Made by a program: the position numbers and the translations under genes. The notes under the pieces were generated by a model. The model did no database searches. It saw only the letters and a list, made by a program, of their open reading frames with translations, and was not told where the DNA came from. A stretch of 64,000 bases of DNA, from positions 13,268,001 through 13,332,000 of the forward strand of contig OX597842.1 in the NCBI GenBank assembly GCA_951406725.2, in the 5' to 3' direction. The DNA comes from Octopus vulgaris (Eukaryota). Shown here in pieces: positions 1 to 16,070 of the stretch; the stretch's first letter is position 1; every line of letters begins with the position of its first letter.

Positions 1-870
1 GCGTAACTGGTACTTATTTAATCGACCCCGAAAGGATGAAAAGCAAAGTCGACCTCAGCGGAATTTGAACTCAGAACGTAGTGGCAGACGAAATAACTAT
101 TTCTTTACTACCCACAAGGGGCTAATTATAGAGGAGACAAACAAGGACAGACAAAGGGATTAAGTGTATTACATCGACCCTAGTGCGTAACTGGTACTTA
201 CTTAATCGACCCCGAAATGATGAAAGGCAAAGTCGACCTGGGCGGAATTTGAACTCAGAACGTAACGTCAAACGAAATACCTATTTCTTTACTACCCACA
301 AGGGGCTAAACACAGAGAGAACAAACTAGAACAGACAAAGGGATAAAGTTGATTACATCGACCCCAGTGCGTAACTGGTACTTATTTAATCGACCCCGAA
401 AGGATGAAAAGCAAAGTCGACCTCAGCGGAATTTGAACTCAGAACGTAGTGGCAGACGAAATAACTATTTCTTTACTACCCACAAGGGGCTAAACACAGA
501 GAGGAAAAACAAGGACTACAAAGGGATAAAGTTGATTACATCGACCCCAGTGCGTAACTGGTACTTATTTAATCGACCCCGAAAGGATGAAAAGCAAAGT
601 CGACCTCAGCGGAATTTGAACTCAGAACGTAGTGGCAGACGAAATAACTATTTCTTTACTACCCACAAGGGGCTAAACACAGAGAGGAAAAACAAGGACT
701 ACAAAGGGATAAAGTTGATTACATCGACCCCAGTGCGTAACTGGTACTTATTTAATCGACCCCGAAATGATGAAAGGCAAAGTCGACCTGGGCGGAATTC
801 GATCTCAGAACGTAACGGCAGACGAAATACCGCAAAGCATTTCGCCCGGCGTGCTAACGTTTCTGCCACC
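1..870 (-). repeat. Tandem array (~183-bp unit, ~4.7 copies) of a tRNA-headed SINE with a Nin/Deu-like domain; head only on the rightmost copy
   Basis: gcgtaactggtac recurs at 1, 186, 369, 552 and 735; minus strand gcctttcatcctttcggggtcgat..aataagtaccag core; dispersed copies at 11035 and 44139. Confidence 0.85.
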
Positions 871-1026
871 TTATATGTTCGTGTTCTTCTCATTCATGTT
901 ATTAATGTTTTCTCAATCGTGGCGGCTGCTGCTGATGTGAACGTTGCGGTTGTTTTCTATGTTAATGTTTTTGTTTTTTAATCGCCGTGGCTGCTGCTGA
1001 TGTGGAAGCTTTCACTGGTCTTTCCG

Positions 1027-1064
<38 letters not shown>

Positions 1065-1162
1065 GTTCGGCGCCATTGTTTATATGTTGCGTTATTGCTG
1101 CTGCTGATTACACTGTTATTGTTCCTGTTGTTGTTGTTGTTGTTGCTGTTTGTTTGTTTGTT

Positions 1163-1525
1163 TGTGGAACGAAGCGGTCTTCGTCCCAGAGTGAGAGAAA
1201 TCCGAAGCGTGGTCCTTTGCTATTCGTAAGACCCGCAGAAGAGAGAGCAGGTCAACCCCCGACACCGAGAGCATCGACGGATGGATGAATGCGCATCCAG
1301 GCTCAGCGGTTGAGTAGGAAGTCGGGGACAAAAAACAAAAAGAAAGAGTGAGAGAAAATTGGGACGAAAGAGTACAACAGGGGTCGCCACCACCCCCTGT
1401 CGGAGCCTCGTGGGGCTTTAGGTGTTTACGCTCAATAAACACACACAACGCCCGGTCTGGGAATCGAAACCACGACACTCCGACCACGAGTCCACTGCCC
1501 TAACCACTGGGCCATTGCGCCTCCT
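1163..1525 (-). mobile_element. tRNA-derived SINE (family B)
   Basis: Minus strand A box tggcccagtgg and B box gtttcgattcc; homologues at 1955-2635, 26235-26616 and 38122-38415. Confidence 0.8.
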
Positions 1526-1954
1526 CTGCTGCAGCTGTTGTTGTTGTTGTTTAACCACAGGTAAACCTTGATTCAGCAGAGCCATGATCAAAAGCGCTCC
1601 ACCTATGACCATCCCATCAGATATTCATAATAGTGTATCCGGACTACATTAATGCATATTATAGTAGTTAGTTTTAGTGGCTATAGTTGTTGCTGTTTAG
1701 CCCTAGGCCAATCCTAATCTAGCAGACATATGATCAAATATGTTCCAGCTGTGACCATTCCATTTTATTCAGTGATAGTGTATATGTGACTATGTATATG
1801 TTGTTTAGTCCTAGGTCAGTCATGGTCCAGCTGACCTATGATCAAAGATGCTGTAACCATCCCATCTTTTATTCAGACATAGTGTATCAAGGACTTCATA
1901 ATCTAATGTATAATAGGTAGGCTAGAAATAACAGCCAGATCTCCTGGCTGTGAC

Positions 1955-2635
1955 TGCCGGAGCCTCGAGGAGCTTTAGGTGTTTTCGCTCAATAAAGCAG
2001 GTCAATCACCGACACCATCGACGGATGGATGAATGCGCATCCAGGCTCAGCGGTTGCGTAGGAAGTCGGGGACAAGAAACAGGAAGAAAGAGTGAGAGAA
2101 AGTTGGGGCGAAAGAGTACACCAGGGGTCGCCACCACCCCCTGCCGGAGCCTCATGAAGCTCTAGGTGTTTTCGCTCAATAAAGCAGGTCAATCACCGAC
2201 ACCATCGACGGATGGATGAATGCGCATCCAGGCTCAGCGGTTGCGTAGGAAGTCGGGGACAAGAAACAGGAAGAAAGAGTGAGAGAAAGTTGGGGCGAAA
2301 GAGTACACCAGGGGTCGCCACCCCCTCTGCCGGAGCCTCATGAAGCTCTAGGTGTTTTCGCTCAATAAAGCAGGTCAATCCCCGACACCATCGACGGATG
2401 GATGAATGCGCATCCAGGCTCAGCGGTTGCGTAGGAAGTCGGGGACAAGAAACAGGGAAGAAAGAGTGAGAGAAAGTTGGAGCGAAAGAGTACACCAGGG
2501 GTCGCCACCACCTCCTGCCGGAGCCTCATGAAGCTTTAGGTGTTTTCGCTCAATAAACACATACAACGCCCGGTTTGGGAATCGAAACCGCAATCCTCCG
2601 ACCGCGAGTCCGCTGCCCTAACCACTGTGCCATTG
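1955..2635 (-). repeat. Tandem array (~186-bp unit, ~3 copies) of SINE family B body, with one tRNA head at 2570-2635
   Basis: caggtcaatc..cgacaccatcgacgg recurs at ~1998, 2184 and 2371. Confidence 0.85.
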
Positions 2636-3000
2636 TTGTTGCAGTTGTCACATTTCCTACTAATATTATTGTTGTCATTGTTGCTGTAGTCGTCGTCATC
2701 GTCGCTGTTGTTATTTATTGTTCTTCCCATTGTATTATTCGTAATTTCTTTGCCGGTTTAAACGGGAGTGGTATCCGCCTCGTACGGCTCGCCACTATGG
2801 CTGATCGTCTAAGTCCGGTGTAAGTGGTGACGCGGATACATTTTATCTTAAATCTGTTCGACTCTATTTAAAAATGCGCTGATCATATTTTTGGGAAAGA
2901 AATTAATAGATGAAATATATCGGGAAAATCCTCGGAACAAACCAATGACAGTTCCGTCATTAGAATTGGGAGAATCATCTACGTATTTCGTACTAGAAAG

Positions 3001-3426
3001 TTACTCTTTTACTCTTTTACTCTTTTACTTGTTTCAGTGATTTGACTGCGGCCATGCTGGAGCACCGCCTTTAATCGAGCAACTCGACCCCGGGACTTAT
3101 TCTTTTGTAATCCCAGTACTTATTCTATCGGTCTCTTTTGCCGAACCGCTAAGTAACGGGGACATAAACACACCAGCATCGGTTGTCAAGCAATGCTAGG
3201 GGAACAAACACAGACACAGACACACAAACACACACACGCATATATATATATATATATATATACGACGGGCTTCTTTCAGTTTCCGTCTAACAAATCCACT
3301 CACAAGGCTTTGGTCAGCCCGAGGCTATAGTGGAAGGCACTTGCCCCAGATGTCACGCAGTGGGACTGAACCCGGAACCATGCGGTTGGTAAGCAAGCTA
3401 CTTACCACACAACCACTCCTGCGCCT
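3001..3426 (-). mobile_element. Full-length tRNA-derived SINE (family C) with a CR1-type LINE 3' tail
   Basis: Head ggcgcaggagtggttgtgtggtaag...ggttcagtccc; internal TA/CA microsatellite; tail ggcggtgctccagcatggcc...gaaacaa(gtaaaaga)n. Confidence 0.85.
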
Positions 3427-3591
3427 ATATATAGTTATATATAGGGAACGAAAATAGAGCCCCTGAAATGACAAGTTTCCTCAAATATAAAAGAAGAATC
3501 TCTTACAGGAGGACCTCAGAACGTAACAAAGGGCGAAATAACTCTAAGCATTTCGTCCAGCATGCTAATGATTCTGCCATCTCACCGCCTT

Positions 3592-3627
<36 letters not shown>

Positions 3628-3635
3628 AATAATAA

Positions 3636-3946
3636 AACTTTCAAAATAAAAAGACCTGGAAATAGAGGTAACTAGCACGTGGAATCTAAAAACAGAAACA
3701 ATTCTTATCATAGTAGGTGCATTAGGCATGATAAAAAATATTCAAATACATAACAAAAACACCAGGACTTACAAACACATATAACATACAGAAAATTGCA
3801 CTACTAGGCACTGCACACATCCTACGCAGAACACTTTCAATACAGTAACCATAAGAGCATCACAACAAATCACAGCACATACCCAAGGCACACAGAGCTG
3901 CGCTCGGTAGTGAAGTGAAAGCACGTTATAAAAATAAAATTACTGA
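3636..3946 (+). mobile_element. 3' fragment of an R4/Dong-clade non-LTR retrotransposon in a (TAA)n tract
   Basis: Translates KDLEIEVT..W.LKTETI.IIVGALG and NIQKIALLGTAHILRRTLS*, the typical R4/Dong C-terminus; flanked by AAT repeats. Confidence 0.75.
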
Positions 3947-3949
3947 ATG

Positions 3950-4005
<56 letters not shown>

Positions 4006-4055
4006 TATTAATTATTATTATTATTAATATTATTATTATTATTATTATTATAATA

Positions 4056-4606
4056 AATGCCCTGATGTAGTACCAAACAGTGGCTCTCGTGGTTTCTGAT
4101 CTTAACTGATTGGAAGTGTTATCATGTACATTGTTTTGTCTTGGTATAAAAGATGGGCTACAGCAAATATTCTGCTCAATACCACAGATTTGCTTGTCGG
4201 TTGTTTGACCTTAACCAGTTGAGCATGTCCCTTAGTGGCTGACGATATGTGCATCTCTGATCACGAGCAGAAGTAGTGGGGGAGCATCATAGCTGTGTGT
4301 TGAGAGGGATTCTTTGGGGTTTGAATAATTCACCTCTGGAAATATGGGTATTTCTTTCAACATCCTTAAACAACCCTTATTCAAGGACCTTTTGAGCAGG
4401 ATGGGTTACTCGACCAGAAGAACATTCTAACTGGACCCCACCTGCAAGGTCATGTGCTGTTTAATTTGATCTTGATCACCATGTCACGCACATATGGTTG
4501 TGATGCATGTGCCTAGTGTACCCTTATCAGACGGGTAGTCATGATGGGTATACTGGGCTTTGTATATTTTACCCGTGTCACTTTGATGGCATTCACTGCT
4601 CTCTCA
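4056..4606 (-). repeat. Interspersed non-coding element embedded in (TAA)n, possibly R4/Dong-associated
   Basis: Sharp boundaries against TAA/TTA tracts; structured 5' region (gtataccc..gggtacac hairpin). Confidence 0.4.
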
Positions 4607-4626
4607 TTCAATAATTATAATAACAA

Positions 4627-4663
<37 letters not shown>

Positions 4664-5299
4664 GTTTCGAATTTTGCCGCAAGAGCAGCCAATTCGGTGG
4701 GGAGGATGAGTCGACCCCAGTGTACCACTGGTACTTAATTTACGAACACCAAAAGGATGAGAAGCAAAGTCAATATTATTGGCAGTATTTGAACTCAGAA
4801 CGTAGCGACAAACCACTAAGTATTTCAACCTGGGTGCTAACGATTCGGCCACCTTGACATTAATAATAATAATAATAAAATGTAGATATCAATATGTCAA
4901 TTGTGATAGAAGACATCGATTTCTATTTCCACATCAAGATTGCAACGTATCACAAGAATAGTGTAAGAGAAAAAAAAACTGTATCCTTACCTGGGTTGAT
5001 CAGCGGTCCATGTATTTTATATCTACTCCGAAGGTGTTCTTCCCTTTCTTTTATCCAAAACAATGTAAGTAATGTATTTAGTTATAAACTTGTCAGCCAG
5101 GATCTAACTTTTCTCAACCAATCAAACAAAACATTTCAACTGCTTTCCTCAGTCTATTGTACCGTTAACCACTTCTTTCCCACGTCTTCTTTGCGTCAGT
5201 CCTCTCCCCACCCTCTCTCTCCCTCTCTCTTTCTCTCATGGACACACACACACACATGCATACATATAATATATAAACTATATATTATACTGTATTATG

Positions 5300-5342
<43 letters not shown>

Positions 5343-5514
5343 CGTGTATATATATATGCATATATGTGCGTTATATATATATATCATACACACACCCTTG
5401 TACACACACATAACTATATTTTATATCATTCTCTCTCTCACTCTTTCTCTCTCTCACTCTTTCTCTCTCATGCACACACACACACACACATGCATACATA
5501 TAATATATAAACTA

Positions 5515-6787
5515 CGAGAGACGTTCAATAAGTAATGCCTCTGACCCACTTGCAGTTGTTTGCAAGTGCAATTATTTATATCTCTATAGATTAAGTGGCA
5601 AATTACAGCTCTGAACTAATTGTGGTTTCCGATTTACAGGTGTTTGAACCGAGTCAAGTGTGAAATGGAGACTGTTGAGTATCGAGCAGTGATCTGGTTT
5701 TTGTATTTGAAAGGACGCACACCACGGGAGACTTTTGATGAAATGAAAGTAACTTATGGTGATGATGCCCCATCATATGACCTTGTAAAACGCTGGCATC
5801 GTGAATTCAAACATGGTCGGAACTCTGTGGAAACAGCTCCCAGATCTGGTCGCCCCTTCTGCCATTGATGAGGCATCTGTCCGTCAAGTTGAGGCTGCCA
5901 TTTTAGAAGATCGACGCATAATTATTCGCCAAATAGCCCATGAGGTCAAGATTAGTACCGGGTCTGTAGAAACTATCATTCATGACCATTTGCATATGCA
6001 AAAGGTGTCTGCCAGATAGATTCCCAGGTTGCTCACGCCTTTCCAGAAGCAAGAACGCGTCGAGTGCTCGAGGGTGAATTTGGAGATGTGCCAAGAAGAT
6101 GAGTCAATTTTTTTCAAAAGACTGATTACACAGGATGAAACCTGGGTCCATCACGATGATCCAGAGACCAAAACCCAGTCAATGCAGTGGAAGCATCGTG
6201 ACTCACCTCCTCCAAAGAAGGCAAGGGTACAGCCCTCCGCTGGCAAGGTCATGCTCACAGTCTTCTGGGACCAGGACGGAGTAGTGACGACAGATTTCCT
6301 GGCAAAGGGTACCACAATTGCAGGAGCCTATTATGCTTCACTTTTGAGGAAATTAAGAGAAGTTATCAAAATCAAGAGGCGGGGCAAGATCAGCAAAGGC
6401 ATCCTCCTCCTGCAGGACAACGCTCCGGTCCACAACTCGCTTGTCGCCAGATCAGAAGCACAGGCGTATGGCTATGAACTCATCCCCCATCCCCCTACTT
6501 TCCTGACCTTGCACCCTCTGATTTTCACCTCTTCCCAGTCATGAAGTTGTTTTTGAAAGGAAAGCGTTTCCCAGATGATGCAGCCTTGATTTCTGAAGTC
6601 ACGTTCAGGTTGGAGGACCAAGCTGGGGTCTTCTACAAAAACGGTCTCCAGAGCTGCATCAAACAATGGGAGAAATGCGTAATTCTGGCTGGATCCTATG
6701 TAGAAAAATACTAATAACTGTGCCAAGTTTCGTTGCTCTACTGTTATGGGAAGTGGGTCAGGGGCATTACTTATTGAACGCCCCTCG
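5515..6787 (+). mobile_element. Full-length mariner (DD34D) DNA transposon, inactive
   Basis: Imperfect ~35-bp TIRs cgagagacgttcaataagtaatgcctctgacccactt / aagtgggtcaggggcattacttattgaacgcccctcg; TA duplication at 5513-14 and 6788-89. Confidence 0.95.
5665..6715 (+). pseudogene. Mariner transposase pseudogene
   Basis: Motifs PRSGRP, TQDETW, LQDNAP, PDLAPSDFHLF; WIPR reads *IPR (stop at ~6017); frameshifts at ~5855 and ~6495. Confidence 0.92.
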
Positions 6788-6808
6788 TATATATTATACT
6801 ATATTATG

Positions 6809-6847
<39 letters not shown>

Positions 6848-6873
6848 CGTATATATATATGCATATATGTGCG

Positions 6874-6907
<34 letters not shown>

Positions 6908-7038
6908 TACACACACCCTTGTACACACATATAACTATATTTTATATCATTCTCTCACTCTCTCTCTCTCTCATGCACACACACACACACACACATGCAT
7001 ACATATAATATATAAACTATATATTATATTGTATTATG

Positions 7039-7096
<58 letters not shown>

Positions 7097-7158
7097 TTAT
7101 ATTTATACGTGTATATATATGCATATCTGTGCGTTATATATAAACATATATATATATA

Positions 7159-7194
<36 letters not shown>

Positions 7195-7196
<2 letters not shown>

Positions 7197-7780
7197 TGCC
7201 AGCCCTGTCTGGCCCCCATGTCGGTGACATGTAAAAGCACCATCCGTTCGTGTCCGTTGCCAGCCTCGCCTGCCCCCGTGCCGGTGACACGTAAAAGCAC
7301 CATCCGTTCGTGGCCGTTTGCCAGCCCTGTCTAGCCCCCGTGTTGGTGGCACGTAAAAGCACCATCCGTTCGTGTCCGTTGCCAGCCTCGCCTGGCTCCC
7401 GTGCCGGTGACACGTAAAAGCACCATCCGTTTCGTGGCCGTTTGCCAGCTCTGTCTGGCCCCCGTGTTGGTGGCACGTAAAAGCACCATCCGTTCGTGTC
7501 CGTTGCCAGCCTCGCCTGGCCCCGTGCCGGTGACACGTAAAAGCACCATCCGTTCGTGGCCGTTTGCCAGATCTGTCTGGCACCTGTGCGGGTGGCACGT
7601 GAAAAGCACCCACTACACTCACGGAGTGGTTGGCGTTAGGAAGGGCATCCAGCCGTAGAAACACTGCCAGATCTGACTGGGCCTGATGAAGCCTTCCAGC
7701 TTCACAGACCCCAGTTGAACCGTCCAACCCATGCTAGCATGGAGAACGGACGCTAAATGATGATGATGATGATGATGATA
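7195..7780 (+). repeat. ~56-bp alternating-dimer minisatellite (about 7 units) ending in a SINE/RTE-type tail with (TGA)n
   Basis: cacgtaaaagcaccatccgttcgtg repeated; 3' end aacccatgctagcatggagaacggacgctaaa(tga)n. Confidence 0.8.
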
Positions 7781-7873
7781 AAGTTAATCCAAACAAGAAA
7801 ACAAAAAGACAACGCGAGGACGTGGAAGAAATATAGTATTATTGGACGCTCAGGAAAAAAGGAAAGAAGGAGG

Positions 7874-7908
7874 GTTTAACGTTTCGAGCGGAGCTCTTCG
7901 TCGGAAAC
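7874..7908 (-). ncRNA. Minimal hammerhead variant with CCGACGA core; homologue at 47665-47699
   Basis: gttt-CCGACGA-a-gagc(tcc)gctc-GAAA-cg-TT-aaac; stem III could form only in a dimer. Confidence 0.55.
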
Positions 7909-7992
7909 ATTGGAGAAGGAAAGATCCAGAGTTGGGAATATATATATATATCATACACACACACTTGTACACACACATAACTATATTTTATA

Positions 7993-8081
<89 letters not shown>

Positions 8082-8720
8082 CTTTGATAACTTTGGTAGG
8101 TTTCGGCCAGCATAGGCCCAGGCCATGCCTAACTCAATAGCGCCACCTGGTGAAGTCTGTTAGTCATATATGGGGCCCGAAAGCCTGCTCTAGCAAAGCG
8201 TTATTATTGTTGGAAACGTATCCGAGTGTAGGAAGTTGGTCCGTCTCAGCTTCTGCATCAGTTTGATGGCATCTAAAAATGTTTGGGAGAGGGGCCCACC
8301 ACCGACGTCATATACCTTGATTTCAACAAAGCATTTGACAGAGCGGGCCACAAAATCCTGCTGAAGAAACTGTCCAGCATTGGAGTTCGTGGAAATCCTG
8401 TTGGTTGGGGTTCAGCAGATTGTTGTCTTCGAGGAAGGGAGTCATTCGCGATCTCACCACCCTCTCAAATACTTTAATGATATGAGAAGTGAGTGAAATC
8501 GAACGGTAGTTCACTGGAAGACATTTGTTTCCCTTTCTGAAGACTGGAACGACAGACTGGGAAAAGGAAAGGACCAGCAGGAATGCAGCCTGCATCAAGG
8601 GAGTTTCTCCAGAGCTCAGCTAGAAGGAGTGCAATTTGATGTCGACACATCTTCAGGACAATGGCCGGGAACTTATCGGGACCTACTGCTCAGTTGTGCT
8701 TGATCTTATCTATTTCTCTT

Positions 8721-9062
8721 AGGATATCAGGATATCAAGATACCAGGATATCAAGATACCAGGATATCAAGATTCCAGGATATCAAGATTCCAGGATATC
8801 AAGATTCCGGGATATCAAGATTCCAGGATATCAAGATTCCAGGATATCAAGATTCCAGGATATCAAGATTCCAGGATATCAAGATACAAGGATATCAAGA
8901 TTCCAAGATATCAATTTTCCAGGATATCAAGATTCCAGGATATCAAGATACCAGGATATCAAGATTCCAGGACATCAAGATTCCAGGATATCAAGATTTC
9001 AGGATATCAAGATACCAGGATATCAAGATTCCAGGATATCAAGATTCCAGGATATCAAGATA
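8721..9062 (+). repeat. 16-bp minisatellite (CAGGATATCAAGAT[T/A]C)n, array 1
   Basis: About 21 units read directly. Confidence 0.95.
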
Positions 9063-9489
9063 TTGTTAGTTGAGGGTTTACATCACTGATACTAGCCAGA
9101 TCAACCGCATTAGGGTCACTGAAGATAGAGCAGTCTCCGGAGTATCTCACACGTGAATTTTGTATCACCATGTAGAGTGTTGTCCTCGCCAACCAGAGGA
9201 CCAACAGTGGAAACATTGTCTTTATGTTATTTTGCAAATGAAAATAACCTTTGCGGATTGAGTTTTATTTTCTCAATGACCCAACCATCCTCAGCAGCCC
9301 TTTGAGTGTTAATGATGGTCATTTTGCTTTTTTGGAGGTCGTATTTTTTCGATTCGAGTGATGCAATGGCAGTCGAATGGGTACGTTGCTGCATATTTAA
9401 GTTGGATGATTTTCTCGTTAATTCTTTTTATTTTTCTGATAATTGCTCTTCTATTTCTAAGGATTCTGCACTTAAAATTTGTATACCAT

Positions 9490-9964
9490 GATATCAAGAT
9501 TCCAGGATATCAAGATACCAGGATATCAAGATACCAAGATATCAAGATTCCAGGATATCAAGATACCAAGATATCAAGATTCCAGGATATCAAGATTCCA
9601 GGATATCAAGATTCCAGGATATCAAGATTCCAGGATATCAAGATACCAGGATATCAAGATTCCAGGATATCAAGATTCCAGGATATCAAGATTCCAGGAT
9701 ATCAAGATACCAGGATATCAAGATACCAGGATATCAAGATTCCAGGATATCAAGATACCAAGATATCAAGATTCCAGGATATCAAGATACCAAGGTATCA
9801 AGATACCAGGATATCAAGATTCCAGGATATCAAGATTCCAGGATATCAAGATACCAGGATATCAAGATTCCAGGATATCAAGATTCCAGGATATCAAGAT
9901 TCAAGGATATCAAGATTCCAGGATATCAAGATACCAGGATATCAAGATACCAGGATATCAAGAT
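9490..9964 (+). repeat. 16-bp minisatellite (CAGGATATCAAGAT[T/A]C)n, array 2
   Basis: About 29 units, same unit as array 1. Confidence 0.95.
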
Positions 9965-10929
9965 CTTAATGGAGTATTTTTTGCGCTTATATTTGTCACA
10001 GTATCTACAAATGTCTGCCATGATGTTTTAATGTTGGAGGGGGCTGTGCGTGCGTGAAAGCCCTATCAACTTGTGAAAGATCAGGATTAATCGCATCCCA
10101 GTCGGCGTTATGGAGATCCATAGTGTCAAATGGATTGACTGGAAATATGTCACTGGATTTGATCTTTGGGCGGTAGAATCTCAGATCGCAGAGAACCATG
10201 TCATGGTCTGAAAGTAGTAGTGTTTTTTTTCCACTACAATATTGAGGATAGTGTCTGTTTGGTTACTGAACACTGGGTCTAGGGTGTTTTTGTGACAACT
10301 TTTTGGTTCACGAAAAAGTTGGGTGAGGAAAAACTCATCCATGAAATCAAAAATCAATTCGATTGCTTCCTTATCAGGGGTTGAGGTGGAAAAACCTGGT
10401 TTCAAGCTGTTTGTGGATCAATCAACATTGGGAAGGTTGAAGTCCCCCATCATTAATATGTTCTCAGCGTTACACTGATGAAGGAAACATTTAATTCTGT
10501 TCAGGCATTCCTTGAAGCGTAAAAAAGGAGTTAGGGGTGGCGTATAGAGCCCAAGTACTATTAAATTGCTGGTTTTACTAAACACCGAAGCACCTTCATA
10601 GTAGCCGTTGGTACATACATCCATTGCTTCAGTTTCCGTCCGCCAAATCCACTCACAAGGCCCAAAAAGCTTGCTGTGGTTGGGAATCAAGCTTCTTACC
10701 GGACAGCCACGTCTGAAAGAAATTCTAAGAAGTGTCTACGTGCCTTGCAGTCGAACTGAACTTTGAAGGCCCTTGGTTGCTGTTTCTAGCATGATATGAA
10801 ACCAAATGATTCGTAAAACGTCCTTTCATTTTATACGAAAAAAGCCGATGCAAATTTGAGGTCACTTAGCTGTTATCTCTGGCAATATGTAAGGAGACCA
10901 GTATGAAATTATAAATCTCACAGTAATCA

Positions 10930-11525
10930 TGAGATTCCCCCCGACTGACCATGGAATTGCACCTAGAAAGTTACCCTCCCAGGCACAAGCCCGTCCAAGG
11001 TTGTTTATGGAAGACCAGCAGTCACCCATTCATACCTATTTCTTTACTACCCACAAGGGGCTAAACACAGAGGGGACAAACAAGGACAGACAAACGGATT
11101 AAGTCGATTGTATCGACCCCAGTGCGTAACTGGTACTTATTTAATCAACCCCGAAAGGATGAGAAGCAAAGTCGACCTCGGCGGAATTTGAACTCACAAC
11201 GTAACGGCAGACGAAATACCGCAAAGCATTTCGCCCGGCGTGCTAACGATTCTGCCAGCTCGCCGCCTTCTCCAGCTCGCCGCCTTCCATCTCCAAGCCA
11301 CCGATGTTATCCAAGGGAAAAGCAAAGGGGCCGATACAGCTTTGCACCTGTGACGTCGCAACTCATCTTTACAGCTGAGTGAACTGGAGCAACGTAAAAT
11401 AAAGTGTCTTGCTCAAGAACACGCTCAAGAACACGCTCAAGAACACGCAACCCAGTCCGGGATTCAAACTCACAACATCACGATTGTAAGCTCAACACTC
11501 TAACCACTGAGCCATGTGCCTTCAC
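10930..11525 (-). mobile_element. tRNA-derived SINE (family D) with a nested Nin-type SINE at ~11035-11290
   Basis: Head gtgaaggcacatggctcagtgg...gagtttgaatcc; an uninterrupted homologue lies at 39165-39500. Confidence 0.8.
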
Positions 11526-11533
11526 ACATGTAA

Positions 11534-14830
<3,297 letters not shown>

Positions 14831-14838
14831 TGTATATA

Positions 14839-14953
<115 letters not shown>

Positions 14954-15872
14954 CCATGCACACATGTATGTATAAAATAAAGTGTCTTGCTCAAGAACAC
15001 AACACGCAGCCCGGTTCAGGATTCGAACTCTAACCACTGAGCCATGTGCCTTCACACAGTAATCATGTAATTAATCCCTAAGCGCAATTACAGTTGTGTG
15101 ATAAAGAAACTAGTTTTGCGACTATGTTTTGGGGTCCGGTTCGATAGAATGGTATAAAGGCACTTCTTAAAATATCCTTATCTATATTTTAAAGAAAAGC
15201 AATGCAAATTTCCGGACATATGTGGTTATTTCTAACAAAATACTCTTTCGTTTAAAGGGAACATTTTTTTCATAAATGCTTCGTAAAGTGTTTTTTAATC
15301 TTGATATGAAAAATAGTAAAACTTTGAAGGCCCTTGGTTGCTATTTCTAGTATGAAGTGAAACCATATACAGGTTAATTCTTAAGTGTCCTGAAATTGTT
15401 ATACGAAAAACAGTAAATTTGAAGTCATTTGGCTTGTTTCTAGCATTAACAATGACCACATCTCTTTTTTTCTTTTTCTTTTTTACCTGTTTCAGTCATT
15501 TGACTGCGGCCATGCTGGAGCACCGCCTTTTTAGTCGAGCAGATCGACCCCGGGTCTTATTCTTTGTAAGCCCAGTACTTATTCTATCGGTCTCTTTTTG
15601 CCGAACCGCTAAGTTACGGGGACATAAACACACCAGCATCAGTTGTCAAGCAATGCTAGGGGGACAAACACAGACACACAAACACACACACGCATATATA
15701 TATATATATGCATGAAGCTAGCCTTAGCAAACATATTCTGTGTTTTGCTAGAAAGAAGCAGAAACCGCGGTTCGAGTTAAAGTTATCGGTAAACGTTTTT
15801 GATTTTCACTCTCGATAAATTCATCCCCTTTTTGTGTTCCCAGCACTCGGCATCTTAATTTAGGAGCCCTTA

Positions 15873-15921
<49 letters not shown>

Positions 15922-15992
15922 ATATATATATATATACATATGTATATATATATTGATCAAAATAAAAATAAAAACATGAGGCGAAGGATTCA

Positions 15993-16070
15993 GCGGTACA
16001 TATGTTTCGGGCCTTTATTAGACAGATTTATAACAAAGCATAATGTATGTCTGTGGCCTTCTTCAGCCGC
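15993..16070 (-). ncRNA. Type I hammerhead ribozyme with palindromic stem III
   Basis: gcgg-CTGAAGA-aggcc...ggccc-GAAA-catatg-TA-ccgc. Confidence 0.78.

Larger units (their letters stand above)
8090..10625 (-). mobile_element. Decayed CR1-group LINE with an internal inversion and two minisatellite insertions
   Basis: Minus-strand remnants MGDFNLP, NTLDPVFSN and NYRSISLTSHIIKVFER; YLDFNKAFD piece at ~8295-8400 lies on the plus strand. Confidence 0.75.

Noticed and set aside
349-981. 210-aa ORF with internal repeats
   Set aside because: Antisense reading of the 183-bp (61-codon) SINE array.
7195-7600. Repeat-spacer-like pattern
   Set aside because: The intervening segments alternate between two related variants, so this is a minisatellite rather than CRISPR.
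7680-7710. CTGATGA in the SINE tail
   Set aside because: No matching GAAA or stems.
8661-10057. Repetitive ORFs (RISRFQDIKIPGYQDS)n; CRISPR-like look
   Set aside because: A 16-bp tandem unit that happens to lack stops; no spacers and no cas genes.
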